A DNA stretch of 63,877 bases, filler included, from Choristocarpus tenellus KU-1152 (taxonomy: Eukaryota; Protista; Phaeophyceae), in NCBI GenBank assembly GCA_964200185.2. It is 10 parts of 10 records of this genome, joined end to end, with 100 filler letters (N's around TTAATTAATTAA, not from the genome) between each part and the next. Parts side by side here need not be neighbours in the genome. Positions count along the whole stretch, not along the records: positions 20,741 to 27,793 come from CAXNAD020006775.1; positions 27,894 to 45,166 come from CAXNAD020000694.1; 8 more parts are not named here. One strand, written 5' to 3'. The translations under genes and the position numbers were made by a program. Positions 24,539 through 37,300 of the stretch are shown in pieces. Each line of letters begins with the position of its first letter. Within the stretch, counting starts at the first letter, position 1. The notes beneath the pieces were generated by a model. The model did not search any database. It had not been told where the DNA came from and saw only the letters and a program-made list of their open reading frames with translations.

Positions 24539-26587
24539 AGCAGCTGGGTTTTCGGTAGTGGACTTCTTTGGAACGAAGGTTGTTAAAAAAACGAAGAGAC
24601 AGCGTTTGGTTGTGTTCGGTCTTGTATCAGTTTAACCTCATGCAGGCACGGGAACAACACCTCAAGCTCTATTGACGACATCCCTTGAGTCTTGATCTCT
24701 GGAAAGAACGAACACACAGGGTCACCTTCCTCCCATTGCAAGGAGCCAGTCATTATATTCAACCAAGGTTTCAACTTCTAGAGTGAAAACATACCATCAG
24801 TAACATCACCCTACACCACAATGTGCTGTCCTCTGCACGTTTCATCTGGGCCATGCCTGGCTGGGCATGTTATACACGGGCAGGGAGCTGGAATTTTGGC
24901 AATGATTTCCTTACAAGACTGCACGCCAAAAATGACAACACCCGCTTTCGATGCGAATATTGGTCTTGGTGAAGCAGGTGTCCCAGGCATCGGAAAAGTA
25001 CCACTAGAGGGTCACATCACACACAGAGTTACGCATACTCCTTTTACCGGCAACTGAGAGAAAGAGGGGGAGAGAGAACCTCAGCAAGCTAAACTTGACC
25101 AAAAATATGTCGCATTCATTGATGTCCAAGGCAGAACATAGTCCTATCAGCCTCTGTTTGTCGCAATATATAGTCTTATACTCACGTTGTGTGTCCCAAT
25201 ACAAGCAGATAACACACTTTAATGTACGTTTATCTGTAGTTTTGGTACAACACAGAGTAGTAATGTCCATAGCGATATGATGGTCAGTCTTTGGTCATAC
25301 GCCAGAAATAATGGATGGCTAAGACATAGAAAGCCCCAGCGGATAATTGATAAAAAGTGTATGTTCACACCATGTAACCCAGAAGCAGTTTCTGGCCACG
25401 AGCCTTTCCTGCACGCAACTACTCAACACAGTCGGATCTTTATCCCATTAAGAGATCGTTGTGCATCCAGGTAAGAGACCAGGAACTTGGTCAGAATTGC
25501 ATGTCATAGGCTATGGAGTGCCCTAAGCGTTTTGTGGTGATACCCATACAGCTTGTCTGGTGAGATGCCATGGAGGGAGATGCTCAAAGATGACAGTGAC
25601 AGAACAAGGAGGCGAAGAAATACCACTTAGTACTTGGAGTACTACAACAGACAGTGGACACCACAACAATCGAATAGTACCCACGCAACCATAGGGTCGA
25701 CCCAATATACATGTGCTGCTTTGGCGAACCCTTATAACTTTAGTCAAGCTATGTTGTACTCCGGAGTAAATCTCTTAGCATCTTCCATAGCGAAATGACC
25801 TATCCACCGAAAAAGGAATTGGAATGATTCGGCGAGATGTACTTATTCTTAGTACATCATTATATCCACCTCTAGATCAACAAAACAATTACGGATCACA
25901 GGTACACCCATGCAATGCCGGAAACGAAACTCTTCACTTTCAGGTACTTCAAATCTCTCATCATCTACCACCAGTATGACGAGCTCTAGCAGTCTGTCCC
26001 ACTCCTCTCAAATCAAATACTGCTCTCCGACTACAAAGCCCGTTTAAAGTTTTCGTCTGGTGCTGTAATTATATTCCTGTCGTGTAGCATTGTTACTCCT
26101 ATCAAACACAAACACAAACACAAACACACACACACACACACACACACTATTTGTTACAGGAAGTACAACATATTCCGTAGTATGTATGTACCCTGGAGTA
26201 CTTCAAAGCAACAACAACGAATATGAATTGTACAGTAGTCTAGTCCAACTAAATGCAATGCAAAGCACACGGAGCAAGAGTTCCATGCACATGAGGGTGG
26301 CAACAAACACGTCATCTGTCCATCTTTTGAGTACACCAATAGTGCTGCATCATTTCCCGACAAGTCCAAATAAACATAACTGTTACTACACAAGATGCAT
26401 AGCCCTCTGTGTCCCACATTGCACTCGTCCCTGGTCTAGATGCCTACACATGAGATTGACCGACAGTACAATGATCAGATACATCCTCGATCATATCACA
26501 GCTAACCGCCCCCCCACGCACAATACGCATGTAGCCCGTAACAAGGCCACATCAGAGCACCCATCCATCCGGGTGGGATTGATCCTC

Positions 26588-27394
26588 TTAGCCACGCAGG
26601 TTATGCCCGGCCTTGTCGAGCCCACACCTCTTGCGGCACTCACGGGCCCCCTGGGCAGGGTTGGCCGGCAGCCCTGCAATCAATTGCTTGAGTTTGTCGT
26701 TCTCAATGTTGAGTGATGCCTGCATGCACAATAGAGAGACAGCGGTGATCATGGTGGAGATGAGAGTGGCAGAAAATGTACTTCAATGTACTTCACCGTG
26801 CATGGAGGAGTGAAGCTGGCTGGGAATGTAAAATAGGAATGTTTGCTTGCACACAATGAGCGGAGAAGGGAAAGTTGCATGGTGTATGTGGGATATGTGG
26901 AATCAAAAAGCGAATACCACGATGATGCACACATTATTTTTGTGCTCATCACCTGGAGGGCTTCTTCAGGGAGTTCAAAGAACCTGGTCGTTATGGTCAC
27001 CGCGCCGGGATCCTCAGAGTTGAGAGCGGCAATGTACCTGAGAGGCTATTTCACAGAACGAGGGAAAGAAGTCGGATTTGAAGCTGTTCAAAATGGGAAT
27101 TGTTGATTTCGATCATCCCAAAGCCAAGTCATTCTATCAATCGTCTTTTGTTGCTCTACTTGTAAATTTTCCAATGTTGATTGCGTGCAACCAGATATCA
27201 GACTGCCTGTATTTTTGAAAGAGGTGCCCTTCTCAGTTGCTCACCTCGCAGCTAAGGTTCTGCTCGTAGTGAATGAGACCTCGCTGGAAGAAGCTAACCT
27301 CTCCGGAGTCGAGGTCGTTAACCACTGCTCCATTGCCTCCATTCTCCTGAACGAAGGCCACCCTGAGGTCATGACCCTCGATCACATAAAGAAG
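26588..27394 (-). CDS. Germin/spherulin-like cupin protein, last three exons 27394-27245, 27045-26953, 26719-26588 (5' exons not located)
   Basis: LLYVIEGHDLRVAFVQENGGNGAVVNDLDSGEVSFFQRGLIHYEQNLSCE/PLRYIAALNSEDPGAVTITTRFFELPEEALQ/ASLNIEND...CRKRCGL...stop. Contains germin box 2 (G-L-I-H-Y-x-Q-N) and the NSEDPG motif. All introns GT-AG, phase 0. Confidence 0.88.
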
Positions 27395-27936
27395 CTGGGT
27401 TGGTCGAGGGGGGGACGGGTGGAGGGTAGGATCATGCTCAGGTCCAGTTGCGTAGGCTGAATGAAGGTGCGCCATGTGTGGAGGACAACAACGACATACA
27501 TATCATGACAAAGAACGAGTGAAAATCAGCATAAAATCCGCCAGTCAGTGGCGGTGCTATGGGAGGGGGAGCAAACGTTTTCACGCACTACTTGTATACA
27601 ACAAACAGTGTAGCATACTCAAATTGTTTCTATCAACAGTTGCGAGGTTCTGGTAGTGCTTTGCTGGGTGGATCAAGGCTTGTTTTTTTTATGAGGCGTC
27701 AGAGACACCGTGAACTCGGCATTGCGGAAAAGAGAAACCCTATCTGATAATTTCGTAGTACTTCGAAGTATACATTAGTATATATAGTAGTATNNNNNNN
27801 NNNNNNNNNNNNNNNNNNNNNNNNNNNNNNNNNNNNNTTAATTAATTAANNNNNNNNNNNNNNNNNNNNNNNNNNNNNNNNNNNNNNNNNNNNTGGGGAG
27901 AGGGAGTGGCTTTTCATGAAGATGGACATTGGACGT

Positions 27937-27980
<44 letters not shown>

Positions 27981-28327
27981 GGTTTGTGAGGGGGCGTCCG
28001 TTTCGGTCAAACAACTCTTTTTTTTGCTGACATTTCAAATCCGACACGTGCGACCAAATCACACCAAAAAAGTGATAATAGAAAAAAGGGCGAAAAACGG
28101 ACGCCGACACCCCCCCCCCAGATACTTCGACCCAGTACTTTGAGCATGATTCACATTTTGATTGAACAGAATCTGCACGTAAGTCAGACCTCTACCCCTT
28201 GCGATACTATTTAAGGACTATTTGATGTGCACCTAGTTAAAAAATCATGTAGAAAATAACTTGACCATTTACTCTTTCTACCAACCTCCGACATTCTCAC
28301 ATATCAAATTATCACATTTCAACATAG

Positions 28328-31300
28328 AATATAGAAAGGATATTCCTCTGGGCTGCAATGTGGGCCTTTGGGGGTGCCCTTTCATCCGACAAGAAAAACG
28401 ATTTGCGGCGGCAGTTCAGCACCAACTGGCGAACAATGATCGTCTCCAAGGCTTTCAAGCTTCCTGAGCAGGTGAGAGTGAGATACAGTCCTTGTCAAGA
28501 ATGTTCGAAAAAATCTATCTACCTCCTGTGCTACAATTAATTATGTCCTTACCTGGGTCTAAAGTATTCTGAATGCCTTTTAATCATGATGAAAGTAATC
28601 TGAACGCTTTTTTAACTAATGTTACATATAATGACACTACTGTAGTAGGGGAAGAGACACCCAAGTTTATTCTTCTTACTCTTCCCCGCTCAGCCAAGAC
28701 ACCAGTTGGTTCATTCTCACGAGTGTACTAACATGTCAGGACAAAAACGGAATGTTTCTAACTTGAGTCTACTCACAAACGACGTTGTGAGATTTTCAGC
28801 ATTATTTCATGTTCATTATTCAGGGTTAACCCTCGACTCCTTTTGATACACACCCACTTAGTTCCACTGCAACTATACTTTGAAAACCTCTAGAGCTCTT
28901 CTCTCTGTAGTGCAACTGTTTCAAGAAATAGGGCTTCAAGTGATTGCTTCTGTGGGAGTAATACAAACAGTTGCAATGAATTTTGGTTGATACTTCGTAA
29001 CACGAGTCCAACATAATTGTAGTTTTCACCCAAGCAAAGCATTATTATGAAGTATCGATGAGTCTTCAACATCACCACTAGTCAGCGATTTAATAAGTAG
29101 ATCCCCTTTCAAGATAGTTAGAGTCCTTCTTGTACAATTTTTCCATTATTCAATTATACTCCAGAAAACCATCATCCAAATTGTCGTTGGCCCTCACAAT
29201 AGAGCATTCTTCATTCCACTGAGAAATTATTATTTTGCGCCTGCATGCTCCTATCACATTCAGGGTCTCATTTTTGACTACTTGGTCATCCGAGAGACTG
29301 GTGAAGTGATTCCCTGGGCGGAGAAGGTATTATCATATGCTAATAAAATGGGCATGTAATGTGTCGTAGGCTTAAGAATTGTACCAAGCAAATTATTTTT
29401 GGGATTGGTGTGTTGTTGGGGCATAAGTCTGTTATGCCATTTGTTTTGGAACCACCACGTCCAGTATGTGGTGCATGTGCAACACCTTTTTGCAAATAGT
29501 ATTGTGTACGCTGATAATAGAAATTAGTTGCAATGTTGTGTGGTAGACGAGGAGAAGTATAGTGGTATGAGTGAAGCCATCCACAAGGGGGGGTGATTTT
29601 GACCCTCTTGAGATTTAATGCCTTCTTGAACACTACCAAATATACCTCATGCCATCACTGGAATGCACTTAATCCCCTTAGAGGGGTGTTCCTATGAAAG
29701 AAAAGACTAGAGTAAATATATTTTTAGCCAGAAGCGATCTCCACAGTGCTCAAAATAAGTGCACCACAAGACAGCCACAGTGTCCAATTGAACTGAACAA
29801 CCCCCTCCTGTTCCATTGCATCACTCTAACAATAGAGTTTTCCCGCATCCTAAGTATCTGGTTGTCGCTAGCACCTCAAGCATACAAAGAACACATACAC
29901 GTTCTCGACAAATAGGTTTTGAGTCAGATATTTTAGATAGATAGGGGATAAAGATATTTTACGCAGTATTCCTGTACACTTGCGTAGGTCTGAGTCAAAG
30001 TAAACGAGAGGTATACAGTTCTTGGTCGTTTTGAATGTTAAGACAGTTTATTAATATTTTGCTCACCCATATTTCTGGGTATAAAATGCTAAGTTTGACT
30101 TGAGACGGTTTGTTTCTCTATTGTTTGAAACATTTCCACTTAGTTCGGAAAATGTCCTCAACACATTTGTAAAGAAAAGTCGAATTTTGCACATATTTCC
30201 CGACATCCTAAAAATGCAACTCTAATAATCCTAAAAATTGCAACTCTGAGTACCTCTCGCTTACTTTGACTCTCTTGATATTTTTGAAGAATTGACTGAA
30301 AAATTTCCTTTTGGGGATGGCGGTTGTTAGGACATACCTTGTCAAGCTTGGATACTCATCATTGCATTTATATGGGGTAACCTCAGTAACATCAGGTATG
30401 GCTCACTGCAAGAGCCTTCTGTCTGGGAAGTAAATGGCATTGCCCTATTGAAGAAAAAATACCCTATACTCTATAGTAGATACCAGATAACAAATATGTT
30501 TTGACCCTTGCAAATTCAAACTACCTCAGGTGCAGTCCTTCACCCCAACAATAGGACAATCCTTTGCATCAATTGTGGTGCCTACAGTAGATGTCCTTCG
30601 ACTCACATTCCTGACAGACTTGATGGTGGGGATCCACAGGCAAGTCCGAACCCACAGTCACTTGCCACGCAGACCAATTTTCACCTTCTACATGGTCTAG
30701 GTCTCTTTACCAAGCTCGGGGAAAAATGAACAATGGTGCCTGGTGGTAAAAATCAGGGTCTACTGCATGAGATCGGATCACTCAAACCTGAGATAACTTC
30801 ATAGATCACTCACAATGAAATTAAGCATTCATAACATAGGAGTGAACGTATCTTAGAGGGTACGAGTTTCACCCTATTTGTCCGTTTGGGGCTTGGCTTC
30901 CCATGGACATGACTTTTTCCTACTCCGGAATGTTTCGGAGTAGGTAAAATGTGTACGATATGAAAAGGTGTGTTTGGAACAAGGATATTGACACCTCCTA
31001 ACTAACACGATAGCCAAAATTACGTTAAAATCGCAACATTGGATTTTGACCTCTAAGCGGACACGGCTCTCCCCTCTAAGAAACTTTGACTCATAAATCA
31101 GAGTTATACGAATCCCATGTATATGGAAAAAAATCGTTTTTGCCCATAACGACTCAGTGAGTCATTTAGCACAAGTCACCTACACATCATGTTATGGTTA
31201 GGGATGAGGGAAACTATGTTAATCACTTGTACAGAGGTGAACTCAACATATTTTATGACAAACATCACATGGCATATAGCTCTACATTTTTGTATAGAAG

Positions 31301-34300
31301 TGAGGCAAATCTCCTACAAACTCAGTCTATCAATTTGATTAGCACCATTCCGAACATGTGAATATATGGGGTTGATAGCCAAAACAAGTAGAATCAATGC
31401 ATTGTTGATTTGAAGAACTTTGTCCAACTAAAGGAATGCTGAGTTGTGTTGAACATAAAATAGGATGTAACCCAGCAAAAATCGAATCCTGGTCACAATT
31501 AAGAAGAAACGATAGATAATCAAATAGATCTCACCGTCCGGCTGTTAGTACAGATCATCTATATATATCTTGATCAGCTTGTCAATCATATCTGCGGATG
31601 ATTTGTAAAATTTGTGATGGGTATGAAATTATATGTATGTCAAAAGATGTGCGGCGTTTACCAAGATTTGTATATGAGACTTTAATGTTTGTCTGCAATG
31701 GACACGGATTTTGTGAGGACGTTTTAGACAGTCCATGAGGTTTGGAGCTCCAATGGTCTATACAGCCTTTAACTGACTAAGTTGCGGTAAATGTATGAGC
31801 TAACTGGAGAGTGGTCTGCACGCGTATAGCTGGTTCTAGTTAAGTAATGCGGTCCTCAATGTTGCCTGAAGTGTGTCATGGTTCCTCTCAATATTATTCA
31901 GTCCCACCTAACCAAACCGAAACAGGACCTTCCAGCATACAAAAGCATAGTAAATATTTGCCAAACAACTAAATATCTTCAAGGCCTCATTTCCCAGAGG
32001 CACAAACACAAGCCCTTATGATTATTCTCCAAAACCTTCATGTGATAACTTTCGGCTCATTCAGAACAATAATGGGCTACAGTATCTAGGTCAAGTGCAT
32101 GTTGTGAATCATACTTTGAAACATTGGTGGGATTGAATAAACATATAGGAATATTCCTTAGAGCACATTTCCAACCAAAATGTGTGCACCATAATGGAAT
32201 TTCAGAACATATACGTCCCATCCATACTTTTCGACAAGGCTATGAGGGTGGTGAGAGAGGTAGGGATGGAGTTAAGGGCGGGATCTAGGCAGTTTCATTA
32301 CAAGCCATCTCTGCCACGATATTCGGTCAACCATGGTCAAGGTGTGCCTAGAAATCCTTTAGTATTGTTGGCTATTGGCTATTGGCTATTGGCTGTTGGT
32401 TGTTGGCTGTTGGCTGTTGGTTCAAGACCTCATAGACTGAAAGTACCTGGTGGAGGGGGGGGGTCTACACCAGGGTGTCCATTCGGGCCCTGACCAGGAA
32501 AAGTGCACTTACATTATCCGTCCGACACATGCAACCAAATCGCGCAAAAATCGCAACATGGGAAAATGAACCCCACATGGACAGCTGGCACCCCCCCCAG
32601 ATACGTTGAGCCAGTATGTGGTGCCGAATTTGGCACCTTGCCAGTATAGTGATCATACAGTAATGATGCCATTAGGACTATTACGTTATGGGAATAGTCA
32701 ATCAAAAATATCAATATTAAACCAACAATTGTGTGAATGTCCTACACGCACATACTGGAGGTCCAGCCATTCCCAACTACTGTAGTACCTTCTAAAGATT
32801 AATTCCAAGCAGAAATCTAGATGCTACTTGATTGAAAAACACCATCGGGACTTGGGGTAAATTGAATTTGAAGGACAACAATATATTATCTAGAGTAGAA
32901 ACTAACGAACCAAAATCGTTGGAACAGGATATGTCAGAGGCGAAAAGGGTTCCGAAGGAGAAAACAAAATTGATTCAGCACGAGGTTTTGGCATAGAAAC
33001 TTCCATATGCCATACAGTCAAAGTGAAGAAGAGGTCCCCAGGTTTTAGCTGTTTTGCATTTTAAGCCAGTTTTCGATCTATTGAAATTAGCCCATACTTC
33101 TATCTATAGACGTTTGATTCAAGAGCAATGATATCTTTGTTGAGTACTTGCTAAATGAAAACTTTGACTTGGAATTCGGAAAAAAACATGCAAACATTTT
33201 CTACAGAATTCGGAAAAATTCCTACAGCCATTTGTACATAAAACCGAGTTTTGCACTATTTGTGAACATCCTTAATATGCAATTTTGGGTACCTCTCGCT
33301 AAATTTGGCTCACAACATACTGAAAAAATGCCTATAAAACTTCAAATGTTATGTGCCCATTTCATACAACTTTTTTGGGCGGTATCTTTTATGCAGACAT
33401 GTCATGTTGGTTGGGTCTGTCGGAACAGGAAAGACAACCCTCCTCCAGGCCTTTCTCCATGATAGTGCTTGTGAAGATCGCATTTCTTGCACAATCAACA
33501 TGAACTACTACACTGATGCGGCAGCTCTACAGACGCAGCTGGAACAGCCGATTGATAAGGTGGGTTCGCAAGCAAATCTAATGTGTGACATCTTCGTTTC
33601 TGCTTTCCCGTTGTCAACACATATGTGATGTTAGTTGAGCACTCATTGGAAGCCCAGATATGTCTCCGTTCCTCCTAAGAAATACTGCAATGTTCTACAA
33701 TAGCCGCAAAAACTGAGCGTTGGTGTATTGTGCTGACACTCTATCTCACTTCCCAGTAGATGTGAAGTTGGGATGGTTCAACCACATCTGTGACCAACAT
33801 TCTCACAAGTTTGCTGACAATTCCGTTAGAGACAAAGTATCTTAGAAGGTAGGGCCACGTCCATTTGGGGACCAAAATCCAATATTGCTCTATTGACGTA
33901 ATTTTGGCTATTGTGTTTGTTAGGAAGTGTCTATATCCTTGTTCCGGACACACCTTTTCATAACGTATACATGTTACCTACTCTAAAACAATTTGGAGTA
34001 GGCAAATGTCATAAAAGTACATAGGAAGCCAAGCCCAAAATGGACAAACAGGACAAAACTCGTACCCTCTAAGATACTTCCACTCTTACTCATGAAAATC
34101 ACTGAGAAACCTGTTCAGTGCATCACTGTCCTGTTGTGCAAGGAATATGTTATCATTTCCCATGTGTATTTATGAGTGTAGATCGTTGCTTCCAAGTGTA
34201 TTTTATGAAATTGTATGCATAGTTGGTCCCAACAAGAAGGGAACGTATCTTAGAGGGGTACGACCTTTGCCCTGTTTGTCCATTTGGGACTTGGCTTCCC

Positions 34301-37300
34301 ACGGTTATTTTATTAATCTTCCTACTCCAAAACCATTTTGGAGTAGGAAAATGTATACATTATGAAAAGAGATTTGTCCGGAACAAGGATATTGACGCTT
34401 CCTAACAACCTCGATAGCCAGAATTACATCAAAATCGGAACATTGGATTTTGGCCCCCAAACAGGCGCAGCCCTACCCTCGAAGATACTTTGACTCAAAA
34501 ATTTACCATTATACATCCAGAAAACAGAATACGTTGGTTCATGTGAGCCATGAAAGACAAACAATCAGTCCCACAGTCAACAAAGCCTTCTAACTTGAGC
34601 CACGCCCATCACGACTGAAATTGTCACACCTCTCACCGTATTCGTCACCAACTCTGGGAACCTGAGCAGAGGAGTGGCAAGACTTATGGGCCTCCTGTCT
34701 CGAAACGGCTTATCTACTTTGTTGACGACTTAAACATGCCTTTCGTGGAAGAATACGGCACACAGACTCCTATTGCTCTACTCAGGCAGAGTATGGACTA
34801 CAATGGGTGAGAAAGTCTTGTCATTCCACACCCTGAAGATGGTACTGAAACCACTCCCGATGGAGTGCAGAGTGAGTAATAGACAGAAGAAGGTTGAAAT
34901 GAGATCATTTATAAGATTGAATCAGGATGTTTCAAATAATTGCATCAACAATCACTCCTCTCAATACATGATAGAGAAGTATGTTGCTGTTACCTTTTGC
35001 TGTTACCTCCAAAGCAATTTCACTCCTTTCACCAAAAAGATACAAGCACTCCATCAGTAACTGCTCTTACAAGAACTATGCATGTGCCTGTTAGTTAAAG
35101 ACTGTCATTGAATGCAACTATTGGAGAAAAAATGCTAATAAATGTGAAAAGATCACAGTTCAGCATTGAAAGGAAGAACAAAATCGGTAAGTTACTACTC
35201 CAGACTACAACCACTTTGTGGTAGAATGCTTACACTTATCACCCATGCCCATTTTTATATCCTTCATGCACAAGGTGGTACGACCGTGCAGACCTTGGCC
35301 TACGCAAGAATATTCAGGATGTTCAGTTTCTTGCAGCAATGAACCACAAGAGTGGGTCCTTTTCCATCAACCCACGACTACAGAGGCATTTTGTCTCCCT
35401 TGGGTGCCAGACACCTACTGACCATGATCTCATCACGGTAGGAAGAGCAATTTCAATCTGCTCATCGATGTTGGTCATCTTTGTAACATACTGACAGAAT
35501 GTAGAGCAATGGAGGAGGATGGCTGTATAGCAACACTGTGTCCTTACCCAGTAGCCTTAAATAATTCCTTGCACAACAATAATGTATTGTAAGCATAACC
35601 CAACTTATTTATGCATACTGTATGGTATGTTCCTTACGTAGCTCAATGTTCGAAACAATGTATGCCATAGTATGCAATCGAAATATGGCGCTGGCAAGTT
35701 CAAGTATCGACCTTGCAAAATATTCATGATCCCTTCTCTCCAGCAGCCTGTGATATTGGAAATATTAAACTTTGTAACATGGTCGAAAACCACCTAGGTT
35801 TCATCTCCTTTCACCAATAATCCCCTACACATTCCACAAGTTACTCTGTTAATCCTCAACTTCCATGCAGCAACTCTCTCTCTCTAACCCCTGTGGAAGC
35901 CTGGTTTGCTGTGAATCCTTCGCCTTTTCATGCCTCTCCAGAGACACGATCAATCAAGATACCAATTCAAACATCTTGTATGGCATGGATCAGGTTTACA
36001 ACGCAGTCCTAGAAAACCATCTCAGTTCTTTCTCTGGGGAGATTCGTCGAATGGGATCTATGCTTGTGGAGGCCACCATTGCCCTGCACCGAACAATGTG
36101 CGCCAAATTTCTACCAACTGCAGTCAAGTTCCACTATAGCTTCAACATGCGGGACCTCTCTGCCGTGTTCCAGGTGGGTAGGGCTAGAATACCACTCTTC
36201 ATGCTACAACACTTTTTCTGCTTCTGTGATAATACTGGCCAAGGTCTTGAGGTGTGGCACAACCCTCAAATCAAGTCGCAGCGGGCAGCGGTAGACTGTT
36301 TCGAGGCATAGAGCGACTTCAGTCTGTTTATTCACTGTATTAAAGAAATTGGTGTTCCCAAGACTTGTATGTAAATTACTCGATTAATTCCTCATTATGT
36401 AGAACAAGTTGTACATGAAGTAAGGAAGGTGTGAGAAAGGAGAGTGAGCTTCAAAGCTCAAAGGGGGTCATCACCTTACGATTCTCATATTCTAATAACA
36501 CGTCACTCAATCCATGATTACTTGTTATGTTACTTGCTACAAGATTCCTCTTCTAGGATTCTTCTTGTTATACTATAATAACCCGGACAATATTTCCGTT
36601 GTCATCTGACAAAAACATTACTATCAAATATCCCGTTATTCAACAATAGTTCAACAACTCAATGTTTCTCCCACAGAATCATATATTACACATGAATAAA
36701 AAGCACATTCTTCACACACTCGGGTATCCATTTTGCTGTAGCGGATACTCTCAATGCTAAGGAGTGTAGACATAAGCCGCATCTTGAAGTATGCAAATAC
36801 ACAATTTCAGTAGAATTTTCAGTAGGTGATAGCCCAATACAACCGGAATGTTTCCTTTTTCATCTCTCTAACCTCACCACCTCTAGATATATAATCCCAG
36901 TCCCTGATCCATTTTTCTTCAAAATAACATATAGGGTGTATGCAGGTCAGAACCTCAACACCTCAATAGTCGCATTTTGATGTGGCGACTGTGGCGGCAC
37001 GAGTGCGAGAGGGTGTACTCTGACCGCTTGGTGATGGAGGGGGAACATAAGGTGTTCTCTGATATTCTTCACGAAGTTGTTAAGAAGATCCTGGCTGAGG
37101 TGAGTGTGCAAACCACAGCATTTATGTCTCAGGGGGCTTATGGTGTTCACAGGAAGACTTTAAGATGACTGAGAGGTCTCTGTTTGACAGATACAAATAA
37201 GCCAAGAACATGTTCTGGTACTTGGAAGTGAAGTTGGATATTTACCTAGCACACTTGAGAGAAAAAATAGTTGACTGTGACTCTTAGTACTAGTCCTTAC

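Noticed and set aside
27395-27475. Germin with lost metal-binding histidines (ORF reads PSPPRPTQ where PHxHPRATE is expected)
   Set aside because: That stretch is better explained as a pyrimidine-rich intron end (…AACCCAG|CTT). The box-1 exon lies upstream and was not located.
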